Shown: positions 9,471-18,131 of the stretch, in pieces | Position numbering within the stretch: the stretch's first letter is position 1 | How the letters are laid out: every line of letters begins with the position of its first letter | DNA from: Promethearchaeota archaeon | GTDB taxonomy: Archaea; Asgardarchaeota; Lokiarchaeia; Sigyniarchaeales; SOKP01 | Assembly (NCBI GenBank): GCA_016926735.1 | Contig: JAFGOA010000145.1 | Location: 1 to 38,537 of the forward strand | Length of the DNA: 38,537 nucleotides | Direction: 5' to 3' | Notes under the pieces: generated by a model | What the model was told of the DNA's origin: nothing | The model's input: only the letters and a program-made list of their open reading frames with translations | Databases searched by the model: none | Position numbers and translations under genes: made by a program

Positions 9471-10367
9471 TTAAATAGATAGGATATTTTGAACTATAAT
9501 ATATGGGTTAAATTCTTTAAGATCATCATATCCTTGACCCATTCCAACAAATAGAATTGGTTTATGCGTTTCATAAGAAACAGATAAGGCAGCTCCTCCT
9601 TTTGCATCTGCATCCAACTTAGTTAATATTGTTGCATCTATTCCAACATATTTATTAAATTCTTTAACTTGAAAAAGAGCATCATTTCCCGCTAATGAAT
9701 CTCCAACGAAGATTTTCAAATCAGGTTCGGCAATTCTGCAAATTTTTTCAATTTCTCGCATTAGATTTTTATCAGTAACTTGTCTTCCAGCTGTATCAAC
9801 TAATACAACTTGAATATTCTTGGCTTTAGCATGATCTATTGCATCATAAGCTACACTTGCAGGATCTGATTTATATTGATGTTTAATCACCTTTATACCT
9901 ACTTTATCCATATGATAAGATAATTGTTCTATTGCTCCAGCTCTAAATGTATCAGAAGCAGCAGCAATGACATTGAAATTATTCTTTTTTAAAAAATGTG
10001 CTATTTTAGCCATAGTAGTTGTTTTACCTGTACCATTTACACCTAAGAAAACGATTATGTAAGGGAGCTTTTGTTCATTTTTTTTCCTAATTTCTTCAAG
10101 AATATTAATCCCTTTTTCAGGAGTCAAAACAGAAGATATTATTTCTTCTAATGTTTTTGATAACCTATCTTTAACGGAATTAAGTCTTCCTATTTGCTCA
10201 CCTTTAAATGAATCAACTATTCTACTACATATTAGATCTGCTGTCTCCATAGCTACATCATTACTAATGAGGAGAATTTTTAGATCTTCAATAGAATTTT
10301 CTAACTTCTTTTCTGATAAAGTTTTCTTGATAAAAGCATTAAACGCATTTTTCAATTTATCGAGCAT
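9471..10367 (-). CDS. ftsY: Signal recognition particle receptor FtsY (NG domain only)
   Basis: GVNGTGKTTT, DTFRAGAIEQL, DTAGR, TKLDADAKGGAALS, GMGQGYDDL. Confidence 0.96.
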   Translation of the reverse strand: MLDKLKNAFNAFIKKTLSEKKLENSIEDLKILLISNDVAMETADLICSRIVDSFKGEQIGRLNSVKDRLSKTLEEIISSVLTPEKGINILEEIRKKNEQKLPYIIVFLGVNGTGKTTTMAKIAHFLKKNNFNVIAAASDTFRAGAIEQLSYHMDKVGIKVIKHQYKSDPASVAYDAIDHAKAKNIQVVLVDTAGRQVTDKNLMREIEKICRIAEPDLKIFVGDSLAGNDALFQVKEFNKYVGIDATILTKLDADAKGGAALSVSYETHKPILFVGMGQGYDDLKEFNPYIIVQNILSI

Positions 10368-10425
10368 AATACTATCAATTTGTTTTTTATAAAAATAAGA
10401 GATTTGATTTTATCATTAAAACTAA

Positions 10426-10839
10426 TTATTGTTGAGAGAGATTTTGCTGAAATTGTTGAGAAATACTTCTTAAACTTATATCAATTTTTTTCATTTCTTC
10501 CTGTAAATATCCCATTTGATTTTTATGTTGTTCAATAAGTTTATCAAGATATTCTAAAGTTTTTTCTATATTTCTCTCCACAACTACATCACTACTCACA
10601 GAGAGCAGTATTTTTTCAGGTTCCTTAATTAATGCTTTTAGATTTACCATTCCACCAACTGGAACGAGTATTTCATCCCCATCTTTAACATTTTTTAGAT
10701 TTTCAACTGTAGTTTTTGTGTTTATTAAATTACTATATGAAGCATTAATTAATTCAAGATTTTGCATATACATTTCTTTTTGTTCTTTAATAAATTGAAT
10801 TTGATATGCTAACTCTTGAGAATTTTGAGAATTTTCCAT
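10426..10839 (-). CDS. pfdA: Prefoldin alpha subunit
   Basis: Coiled coil - EILVPVGG beta hairpins - coiled coil; conserved position between rplX and ftsY. Confidence 0.92.
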   Translation of the reverse strand: MENSQNSQELAYQIQFIKEQKEMYMQNLELINASYSNLINTKTTVENLKNVKDGDEILVPVGGMVNLKALIKEPEKILLSVSSDVVVERNIEKTLEYLDKLIEQHKNQMGYLQEEMKKIDISLRSISQQFQQNLSQQ

Positions 10840-10859
10840 ATTTAATCAAATCTTGATTC

Positions 10860-11087
10860 TTATTTAGATAATTCTTTTATAAGATAATCTTCACATTCCT
10901 CTGGCTTTATTTCTTTTATTTCTTCTATTTTTATTTGACGTCTATATAATCCTATAGAAGATATTTGAGATAATGCCTTTTCGATTGCATCTTCTTTCTT
11001 TAATGCTCGAATTTCTTTTCTAAATAGATATTGCTTGTATTTTTTATTATATGTTCCTGTTATTCTGAATATTTTAATCTCTGACAT
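10860..11087 (-). CDS. rpl18a: 50S ribosomal protein L18Ae/LX (eL20)
   Basis: IKIFRITG...FRKEIRALKKEDAIEK...RRQIKIEEIKEI; operon context. Confidence 0.9.
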   Translation of the reverse strand: MSEIKIFRITGTYNKKYKQYLFRKEIRALKKEDAIEKALSQISSIGLYRRQIKIEEIKEIKPEECEDYLIKELSK

Positions 11088-11215
11088 TATAAAGCAATTT
11101 GTTTAATTATTTTAATTATAAAAAAAGAAATATGGCATTTCTAAAAAATTATTCTAATATCAAATTTGGTTTTGAAGAAATTAAAACGATACTAAAATAG
11201 GTATTTTTCAAAGAT

Positions 11216-11479
11216 TTAGTTCTTTTCTACTTCAAACCAATATTTCCAATGATTATTTACCTTTAAAGTTGGATTGTATAGCGATTAATTACCTATTTCT
11301 AAAACTTTTAATATTTTTTGACAGATTACTGTATTTCTTGGATTTCTACTATAGAGATCAAGATGATAATATTTCTCTAATTCTAAAATAAACAGAATAT
11401 CTTCACAGATTCATTCTCTTATTTCTTTCTCAGTTGCATAAAATAATTTTTAATATTTTGGTATAAAGTTATCAAAATT
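11216..11479 (-). pseudogene. Degraded ORF remnant between eif6 and rplX
   Basis: One minus-strand frame reads NFDNFIPKY*KLFYATEKEIRE*ICEDILFILELEKYYHLDLYSRNPRNTVICQKILKVLEIGN*SLYNPTLKVNNHWKYWFEVEKN*: protein-like, three internal stops, no frameshift. Confidence 0.45.
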
Positions 11480-11559
11480 ATTATCAATATTATAAATTAC
11501 AATAATGTTTTTTATTATAAAACAAAGTTTCGAAATGTCTAAATATATTTTTTGATTCA

Positions 11560-12237
11560 TTACAATTGTAAAACATTAGTTAAACGCATCATCTCAGGCC
11601 CAGTACTAAATGAACCAAATATTCCACTATTATCATTTACGACTGCTCCTGAACTTAAATAAGGAATTCCTCTATTGATGGTGCTAACATCTGTTTCAAC
11701 TTTAAGAATAGAAGAAATGAAATCTATTTCGTCATCATTTGCCATTGGATGGACAAGACATCCTTTATTATTAGCAATTCCAATTGATCCTGGCAAACAA
11801 CTTCCAGCAAAATCAAAAATTACAGTCTCAACGTTTAGTATTTCAGATATTTTCTTTTTTTGTTCTTTTAGTAAAGAACTTATGATTGCTCCTTTATCAT
11901 TACATAAAATTAAATTTCCAAAAGTATTATCTCCACATTCTAAAGTCCCGATCTCAAAAGGTTTTTCTCTTTCTTTAGAAATTATTTCGAGTCTATTCAG
12001 TTCATCCTCTCTGATGATTGAGGGTAATATAATTCCGTGAGAATTACTTTTTGAATACACCCCTACAAGGCGAGAATTATTTATCGTTATTGGATAAAAA
12101 TCAATTTCAAATACTTTTTTAAATCTATTTCTATAAGTATCAATTAAATCTGGAGGATGTAATAGATAGGAATTATTAGCCTCTAAATAAACACCTATTA
12201 AACTTCCACCAAATATTTGTGCTTTAAGGATTGTCAT
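11560..12237 (-). CDS. eif6: Translation initiation factor aIF6/eIF6
   Basis: IGVY...NSHGIILP...FGNLILCNDKGAII...ANNKGCLVHP...TINRGIPYLSSGAVVNDN...TGPEMMR. Confidence 0.95.
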   Translation of the reverse strand: MTILKAQIFGGSLIGVYLEANNSYLLHPPDLIDTYRNRFKKVFEIDFYPITINNSRLVGVYSKSNSHGIILPSIIREDELNRLEIISKEREKPFEIGTLECGDNTFGNLILCNDKGAIISSLLKEQKKKISEILNVETVIFDFAGSCLPGSIGIANNKGCLVHPMANDDEIDFISSILKVETDVSTINRGIPYLSSGAVVNDNSGIFGSFSTGPEMMRLTNVLQL

Positions 12238-12310
12238 TATTAATTACCTTGCAAGTTTTAAGATCTAAGAAAAAATATCAGAAATTTAGTTTGAAAATAT
12301 AAAAAATATG

Positions 12311-12781
12311 TTATTTGAATAGATAAACCACAACAAGACCATCAGAGTTTTTTGTAGCACGTACTTTTATCTTTCTAGGAGGTTTTTGAATTCCTCTTTC
12401 CCATATTTTTTCATTTACTTCTTGGCTTATTACAAGATATTCAGGTTTAAAATGCCTTTTCATATATTCTCTTAAATATCTTATAGATTTTTTAGCCCAT
12501 TTTGTTCTAGGACCTTTTCGGGCCTTACTTAAGGGGATTGTATAGACGCGTTCATCAATAATTTCTTCTTCTGGAGCTTCTTCCTCGACTTCTTCTACCT
12601 CTTCTTCTTCAAATACTTCACCTACTTCCTCTTCAGTAGATACGTCTTCTAAATCAAACTCTTCAATTTCTTCAATATCAGCTTCTTCTTTACTATCTTT
12701 TGTTTCTTCAAGTTCTTCTTCAGTTTCAGATAGTTCCTCTTCTAAATCATCCAGATTAATTTCCTTTCTTTTTTTTGCCAT
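12311..12781 (-). CDS. rpl31e: 50S ribosomal protein L31e with ~75 aa acidic N-terminal extension
   Basis: ERVYTIPL...VNEKIWERGIQKPPRKIKVRA; GGTGAT Shine-Dalgarno just upstream of the ATG. Confidence 0.95.
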   Translation of the reverse strand: MAKKRKEINLDDLEEELSETEEELEETKDSKEEADIEEIEEFDLEDVSTEEEVGEVFEEEEVEEVEEEAPEEEIIDERVYTIPLSKARKGPRTKWAKKSIRYLREYMKRHFKPEYLVISQEVNEKIWERGIQKPPRKIKVRATKNSDGLVVVYLFK

Positions 12782-12811
12782 ATTATCACCAATTATAAAT
12801 ATAATAATAAA

Positions 12812-12973
12812 TTAATCTCTCTTTAATTTTCTATTTCTCCATTCTCTGCGAGAATATGGACTAGTTCTAACTTTTTTTCCTGTTTTTATCGTAACCCAAG
12901 TTGGAATTGAGCTACTCTGGTTCATTTTTTTACCCCTTCGTTTCTTTGACGGATAATCTTTATTTCTTGCCAA
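12812..12973 (-). CDS. rpl39e: 50S ribosomal protein L39e (53 aa; absent from the ORF track)
   Basis: TTG start; MARNKDYPSKKRRGKKMNQSSSIPTWVTIKTGKKVRTSPYSRREWRNRKLKRD; expected position upstream of rpl31e. Confidence 0.95.
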   Translation of the reverse strand: MARNKDYPSKKRRGKKMNQSSSIPTWVTIKTGKKVRTSPYSRREWRNRKLKRD

Positions 12974-12991
12974 TTTATTTCACTCTATTTA

Positions 12992-13330
12992 TTATAAGTT
13001 TTTAATATTAAAATCCTTTTTTTTATTCGAATTTGTGATTTGTTCCAAAAGATTTTTAAAAGCTTTGTCAGATAGTTGTCCTCTTATTTTTCCCATTTTA
13101 TATAATTGAATAAGTTGTAGTTCAATTTGTTCTGCAAATTCTGGTTTAACCATTCTTATATTCTCTAATCTCTGTCTACCTTCTTGAGATAAAACTTTAC
13201 GCATTAAATTATACTTTTTTTGTTCAAAAGCTTTCTGTTGCTGATCTTCAAAATTTTGTTGAATTGCTTGTTGCTGCATTTCAGCTAATTTTTTTTTCCG
13301 TATTTCTTCCAATCTCTCGTCATCACTCAT
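12992..13330 (-). CDS. PDCD5/TFAR19-family DNA-binding protein
   Basis: LEEIRKKKLAEMQ...LSQEGRQRLENIRMVKPEFAEQIELQLIQL; conserved neighbour of rps19e. Confidence 0.92.
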   Translation of the reverse strand: MSDDERLEEIRKKKLAEMQQQAIQQNFEDQQQKAFEQKKYNLMRKVLSQEGRQRLENIRMVKPEFAEQIELQLIQLYKMGKIRGQLSDKAFKNLLEQITNSNKKKDFNIKNL

Positions 13331-13365
13331 AATAAATCACAAAAAAAGTGTTATTCTTATGAAAG

Positions 13366-13794
13366 TTATTGATTCTTTTGTCTTAATATTTCATATGATG
13401 TTCTCTCTAGTAGACTTATTCCATCAGGAGTGCAAGTTCTACCAACTTTATCTTGATGGGTTAATAATTTTGCTTCTTCTAATTGTTGAAGAGCTACACG
13501 TATAATTTTTCCTGCTGCTCTAGCGCTTTTTTTTTTCCCTTGTCTGTTTTTATTCTTCCCACCATAAAGCTTTCTAAGTTTATTCACTCCGATTGGGCCA
13601 TATTTTCTGACCTTTCTGAGTAATGATGCGCATCTGATATACCAAAATGCTTCGGTATCCGATGGTGCTAACTCTTTAAAGTAAGCGGTCTTCCAAAATT
13701 CACTTCCCTCAGGAGGTTTAATAGAAGTATATTCTTTCAATTTTCCAGCAATAACTTCATTGAGTTTATTTGGTTCAACGATATAAATAGACAT
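13366..13794 (-). CDS. rps19e: 30S ribosomal protein S19e
   Basis: KTAYFKELAP...WYIRCASLLRK...GPIGVNKLRKLYGG...GKIIRVALQQLE. Confidence 0.96.
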   Translation of the reverse strand: MSIYIVEPNKLNEVIAGKLKEYTSIKPPEGSEFWKTAYFKELAPSDTEAFWYIRCASLLRKVRKYGPIGVNKLRKLYGGKNKNRQGKKKSARAAGKIIRVALQQLEEAKLLTHQDKVGRTCTPDGISLLERTSYEILRQKNQ

Positions 13795-13887
13795 GCTAAA
13801 ATCTTTAATTTATAAGTTCTTAAATAGTATATAATATTGAATTTAATATTTAATAAATTAAAAATTTTGCGATCTTAAAGGTCTTTA

Positions 13888-14160
13888 ATGATGGATTTAA
13901 AACAAAAATTTAAGGAGGTAATGTTAGGCCCTCCACATTGTATTTTAGGGAAGAAAGGGATAATGATGAACGAAGGGTTTATTAGTCATATAGAGGATTT
14001 ACTAAAAAAAAATAAGATAATAAAAATAAAACTCCTTAAAACTTCCATTTATAATATGACTCTAAAAGAGATTGCAGATAAAATTGCAAAAGATACAAAT
14101 TCGTATTTATTAGATATCCGTGGTAGAACACTTATAATATCTAAAACAAATATAGAATAA
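13888..14160 (+). CDS. YhbY/CRM-domain RNA-binding protein
   Basis: ILGKKGI...HIEDLLKKNKIIKIKLL...DIRGRTLII. Confidence 0.85.
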   Translation: MMDLKQKFKEVMLGPPHCILGKKGIMMNEGFISHIEDLLKKNKIIKIKLLKTSIYNMTLKEIADKIAKDTNSYLLDIRGRTLIISKTNIE

Positions 14161-14180
14161 ATCCATTTTAGTTCTAAAAA

Positions 14181-14531
14181 ATGCCAAACTTTAAAAAAAT
14201 TGTTAAAAAATTAGCTAAAAGTCGAATGTATTATCTATTTAATTTAGCTAATGAAATTTTTCATGAAAATAAAGAACTTGCAAATATCTATATAGATTTA
14301 GCAAGGAAATATGCTAAAAGGGCAAGATTAAAAATACCAAAAAATTGGCATGGAAGAATATGTCATGGATGTAAAACCCTTCTTTCTCCTGGAAAGAATG
14401 CTCGAATTAGAATGCAATCAAGAAAAGGCAAAGCTTCTCATGTATCAATTACTTGCTTAGATTGTAATCATATTACAAGATATAATATAAAGAAAAAAAG
14501 TGGACAAAATAAGAATTTCACATTAAAATGA
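14181..14531 (+). CDS. rnp4: Ribonuclease P protein component 4 (Rpp21)
   Basis: AKSRMYYLF...YIDLARK...RICHGCKTLLSPGKNARIR...ITCLDCNHITRY Zn ribbon. Confidence 0.92.
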   Translation: MPNFKKIVKKLAKSRMYYLFNLANEIFHENKELANIYIDLARKYAKRARLKIPKNWHGRICHGCKTLLSPGKNARIRMQSRKGKASHVSITCLDCNHITRYNIKKKSGQNKNFTLK

Positions 14532-15196
14532 CACTCACAATTATTTTAGTAGAATGTGGTTTAGAACTTATTCCTAAATCTATTGAAAATGCTCCTGCTG
14601 TAAAAAAAAATCTATCAGCTAATAACTTTTCAAGCCAATTACTAGACAATGCGCTCCATCATTCTGCGATGAAAAATTTAAAAGATAATGAAAAGAGAGG
14701 ACGACCAGATATTTTACATTTATGTCTTTTAAATGCTTTAGGATCTTCATTAAATAAATCAGGTAGGTTAAAGCTTTTTTTTCATACAATAAATAATAAA
14801 ATATTTAAAGTTAATTCAGAAATAAGAATACCCAAAAATTACAATAGATTTAAAGGATTGATGGCCAAGCTCTTAATCAAAAATAAAATTGAATCAAATA
14901 CTATTCCTCTTATTTCTCCAGTTGTAGGTGATTTAAATGATTTGATTAAACAACAAATAAGTTCTAAAATTATAATCCTTACTCATAAAGGAAAATTAAT
15001 AAGAGAATATCAAGAACTATTTAAATCAAATGAAAATTATGTAATAATTGTAGGAGGATTTCAAAAATCTTCTTTTTCTGACGATATTCTTAAAATTTCT
15101 GATAATTTATTATCAATATCAGACAAATCCTTACATTCGTGGATAATAATTAGTAAAATAATAACATATTATGAAATAAATAACAATATTTTATAG
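14528..15196 (+). CDS. nep1: rRNA small-subunit pseudouridine methyltransferase Nep1/Emg1
   Basis: LELIP...LLDNALHH...RGRPDILHLCLL...RIPKNYNRFKGLM...IVGGFQ; ATGA overlap with rnp4. Confidence 0.93.
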   Translation: MTLTIILVECGLELIPKSIENAPAVKKNLSANNFSSQLLDNALHHSAMKNLKDNEKRGRPDILHLCLLNALGSSLNKSGRLKLFFHTINNKIFKVNSEIRIPKNYNRFKGLMAKLLIKNKIESNTIPLISPVVGDLNDLIKQQISSKIIILTHKGKLIREYQELFKSNENYVIIVGGFQKSSFSDDILKISDNLLSISDKSLHSWIIISKIITYYEINNNIL

Positions 15197-15325
15197 AATA
15201 TAGCATATTCCAATTAGTTACATAGTTCTAAATTCTGAATAATATATTAAGAACTTCTATAATTTTATATCTATTTAAGATAACAATTATAAATCTAAAT
15301 TTTATAAATAAGAAAAGATATATTC

Positions 15326-15928
15326 TTAGTTGGTTATTTTTCTCCTAAATTTTGGGATAATCATTCCTGTTTCTTTTCTATAATTTCTATAGCTATCTCC
15401 ATATCTTTTAATTAGGTCTTTTTCCTCAATAGTTAACATTATTGGAAGATAAAAAATAATCCATAACAATGAAAATAAGATCATAAACCAAGAATTTACG
15501 AAAAATCCAAGTATTGTATGAAATGAAAATTCACTAATTGATTGTGGATGTCTAATATGATTATACATTCCTCCATACATCTTTGTATCCGGGGATGGAA
15601 AAAGACTTTCTTTTCCTGCATCTTTAATGGCTTTAATAAATAATATTACACAAGGAATGAGCAGAATAATACCGATTATTACAGAAAGGAAATAATATTG
15701 ACTAACCTTCCAATCTAAAGGAGGAAAAGGAAAAAAGAACCAAAAAATTGTATTTATAATAATTATAAGCGTAAAAAAGCCAGAAACCATTCTAAATATT
15801 GAACATTCTTTCCAAGCCTTATCTCCACTTTTCTCAATTCTTTTCATTGGTTGGAGAGAAAATGTATAAAAAATATTAGATAAACTAAAACAGACTATAT
15901 AGCTAAAAAAGTTTATGATATCTATCAA
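15326..15928 (-). CDS. Isoprenylcysteine carboxyl methyltransferase / PEMT-family membrane protein
   Basis: Several TM helices; GGMYNHIRHPQ and EEKDLIKRYGDSYRNYRKETGMIIP motifs. Confidence 0.85.
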   Translation of the reverse strand: MIDIINFFSYIVCFSLSNIFYTFSLQPMKRIEKSGDKAWKECSIFRMVSGFFTLIIIINTIFWFFFPFPPLDWKVSQYYFLSVIIGIILLIPCVILFIKAIKDAGKESLFPSPDTKMYGGMYNHIRHPQSISEFSFHTILGFFVNSWFMILFSLLWIIFYLPIMLTIEEKDLIKRYGDSYRNYRKETGMIIPKFRRKITN

Positions 15929-16177
15929 TATTTTTTCTTAAAGAATAGTATTGTTCTTTTAAAAACTAAATAAATAATTCTAAAAATATTTATTATAAAA
16001 TAAAAGATTTTAGAATTTAATATAATTGTTCAATAAATCTTTATATTCTTAGTCAATTAATTCTTGATGAAAAATTGTTTTCTAAATTTAGATGGAATAA
16101 AAACAATCTTTTTAAATTTATTCAACATAAGATTGCATTAGATACATAAAATAAAAAAAAAAGGATAAATATAGAAA

Positions 16178-16840
16178 TTATGTTTGCGGGATTTGTTGCA
16201 TATGGGCTCCACAAAATAGATTTTGTGATCCAAATTGGACAAAACCTAAATTTAACCAATTTGCTGTTATTGATCCCAAACAAATAGGATAGTAGAACCA
16301 GGCATAAAAAACAATCCATCCCGCATTATCAATAACCCATCTTGCAAAAGCTGTACTTGTCCATGTCCATATATTTTTATCCTCATCTTGCCAGATTGAT
16401 TTAATAATACCCCCAAATATAGATACAAGTATACTACTGATTATAGGAATCACAATTGAAATAACACTTTTTATAAGATCATTATCTACATAATGTTTAA
16501 TAGTCTCCTCAATTAATTTTGTAATGAATGTTATTAATACTTGTATGGGTGCTCCAACCAGTATTTCACTTATAACTCTGGAACTCATCATATGTACCAA
16601 ATTAGTTCCAAAGATTTGTGTATCGTCCCAAGGTTCAATATTATATAATTCTTTATCTGGATGAGAATATTTTACATCATATTCAGAACCAAAAACATAA
16701 AGAACACCATCATATGTGCCTTTTCTTGCAAATGTTATTGTAGGCAATATAGAACTTCCCATCAAGATAACTATAGAAACTAATATAATACTTTTTTTTT
16801 TTAACTTCATTTTTGACATTTTTTTTTTAGTTTTTTTCAT
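16178..16840 (-). CDS. Hypothetical exported/membrane protein
   Basis: Basic N-terminus + hydrophobic core ending TFA (signal peptide-like), then a hydrophobic hairpin and a Trp-rich C-terminal part; start codon uncertain. Confidence 0.55.
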   Translation of the reverse strand: MKKTKKKMSKMKLKKKSIILVSIVILMGSSILPTITFARKGTYDGVLYVFGSEYDVKYSHPDKELYNIEPWDDTQIFGTNLVHMMSSRVISEILVGAPIQVLITFITKLIEETIKHYVDNDLIKSVISIVIPIISSILVSIFGGIIKSIWQDEDKNIWTWTSTAFARWVIDNAGWIVFYAWFYYPICLGSITANWLNLGFVQFGSQNLFCGAHMQQIPQT

Positions 16841-17006
16841 TAAAATATTAAAACATGAAAGAGAGTTATTAAAGATATTTTCTTGATTTTACAATCATTA
16901 AAAATGATTCTACTATCTAAGAATAGAATCTCTATCATTTAATTTAATTGCTTTTATATTTTAATGTAATTTAATTAAATATTAATCTTTTTGAATATTT
17001 AAATTA

Positions 17007-17068
17007 GATCAGGACTGAATTTAAACAAACTTCGTTATTTATAAAGGGATCAGGACTAAAATTCAACA
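17007..17068. repeat. Imperfect 21-bp direct repeat in a divergent intergenic region
   Basis: GATCAGGACTGAATTTAAACA (17007-17027) and GATCAGGACTAAAATTCAACA (17048-17068); 18/21 identical, 41-bp period. Confidence 0.7.
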
Positions 17069-17162
17069 TTTTTTTTTTGTTAAACTAAAACAATAACGAT
17101 TTTTTTTTTAAATACAATTATTTTTATAAATTATATAAATTTCACAATGACGGTTTTAGAGA

Positions 17163-17753
17163 ATGAGTTATGATGAGATGTTATATTTCGAAAAGAGTGG
17201 TGGTAATAGCAGTTCTAAATATACTTTATACGTTTTCATAGGGATTATCGTCTCAATTTTTGTACTTGTACTTCTTTTTGGACAGAGCATCGATAATTTT
17301 TCATCAGATTTTTTGGACGTTGTCTATGATATTATCAAAAAAGTAAGTTTATTTGTTGGTATATTATTCCTGTTAGCGGGATTTATGTTTGTAATGAGTG
17401 AGGAGGGAAAAGTAAAAGGAATAATCTTTTTGATTCTTGGAGTTATATTAATTCTTTTATGGTTAGATCCAATTAACTTTGTAAATCAAATTATGAACGA
17501 TATCAATGGAACGGGGGATACTAATATTAGTGGTGATAATTTTCCAGCATATAGGTCGATATTTATAACTTTGGGAGCTATACTTGTATTTCTTGGAGTT
17601 ATTTTCATGGGGAAGAAAAGTGGTATTGGAAAATATCTTTTAGTCCTTGGAATTATAATCTTAGTGATTTTTGTTTTCAATCCCTTTAAGATATTGAATT
17701 TTATTGAATCATTTTTCGACGATTCTATAGGATTTCCAAAGGGCTATTATTAG
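17163..17753 (+). CDS. Hypothetical ~5-TM membrane protein with duplicated helical hairpin
   Basis: Hydrophobic segments; the GILFLLAGFMF..GIIFLILGVILI hairpin is echoed by GAILVFLGVIF..GKYLLVLGIIIL. Confidence 0.65.
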   Translation: MSYDEMLYFEKSGGNSSSKYTLYVFIGIIVSIFVLVLLFGQSIDNFSSDFLDVVYDIIKKVSLFVGILFLLAGFMFVMSEEGKVKGIIFLILGVILILLWLDPINFVNQIMNDINGTGDTNISGDNFPAYRSIFITLGAILVFLGVIFMGKKSGIGKYLLVLGIIILVIFVFNPFKILNFIESFFDDSIGFPKGYY

Positions 17754-17892
17754 AAATCAAAGATAGAATTCTAAGAATTAGTTTGATATGCTGAAAAGTA
17801 TATATTAACTTTAAAGGAATAAAGAAACAATTATCATCATAAAATCTATTTTAAAAGTATCTAATTGATAATAATTATATATCTAAAAAAAA

Positions 17893-17993
17893 TGCGTCCA
17901 CCGGGATTCGAACCCGGGTTTCCAGAAAGATAGCAAAAATCTATCGTTTCGCTGGCTTGGAAGGCCAAAATCCTACCGCTAGACCATGAACGC
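17893..17993 (-). tRNA. tRNA-Gly(TCC) with a 30-nt intron in the variable loop (intron 17920..17949, position 45/46)
   Basis: Acceptor GCGTTCA/TGGACGC-A, anticodon arm TTGGC-CTTCCAA-GCCAG, T arm CCGGG-TTCGAAT-CCCGG. Intron junctions: central helix CCAG/CTGG, bulges CGA and AAA, inner hairpin GATAG/CTATC. CCA not encoded. Confidence 0.92.
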
Positions 17994-18131
17994 TTTATTA
18001 GTAAACTAAATAATAAATTTATATGATATTAAAACAATCTTTTCTTTTAACTTTTCTTATTTAATTATAGTGTGAGTAGTTTGTTAAAAATCAATAAAAA
18101 ATTATAATATCTTATAAATAAATAGAATGTT

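Noticed and set aside
11216-11479. Stop-codon recoding (Sec/Pyl) in the interrupted frame
   Set aside because: The stops are mixed TAA and TGA, and TAA is the normal terminator throughout the window; decay is the simpler explanation.
17007-17068. Mini-CRISPR array
   Set aside because: Only two imperfect 21-bp copies with a 20-bp spacer and no cas genes.
17920-17949. Shared ends AAAGATA...ATCGTTT between the antisense of the tRNA-Gly intron and the dnaG intron region
   Set aside because: Only two 7-mers, in opposite transcriptional orientation, in a very AT-rich genome; not enough to claim common origin.
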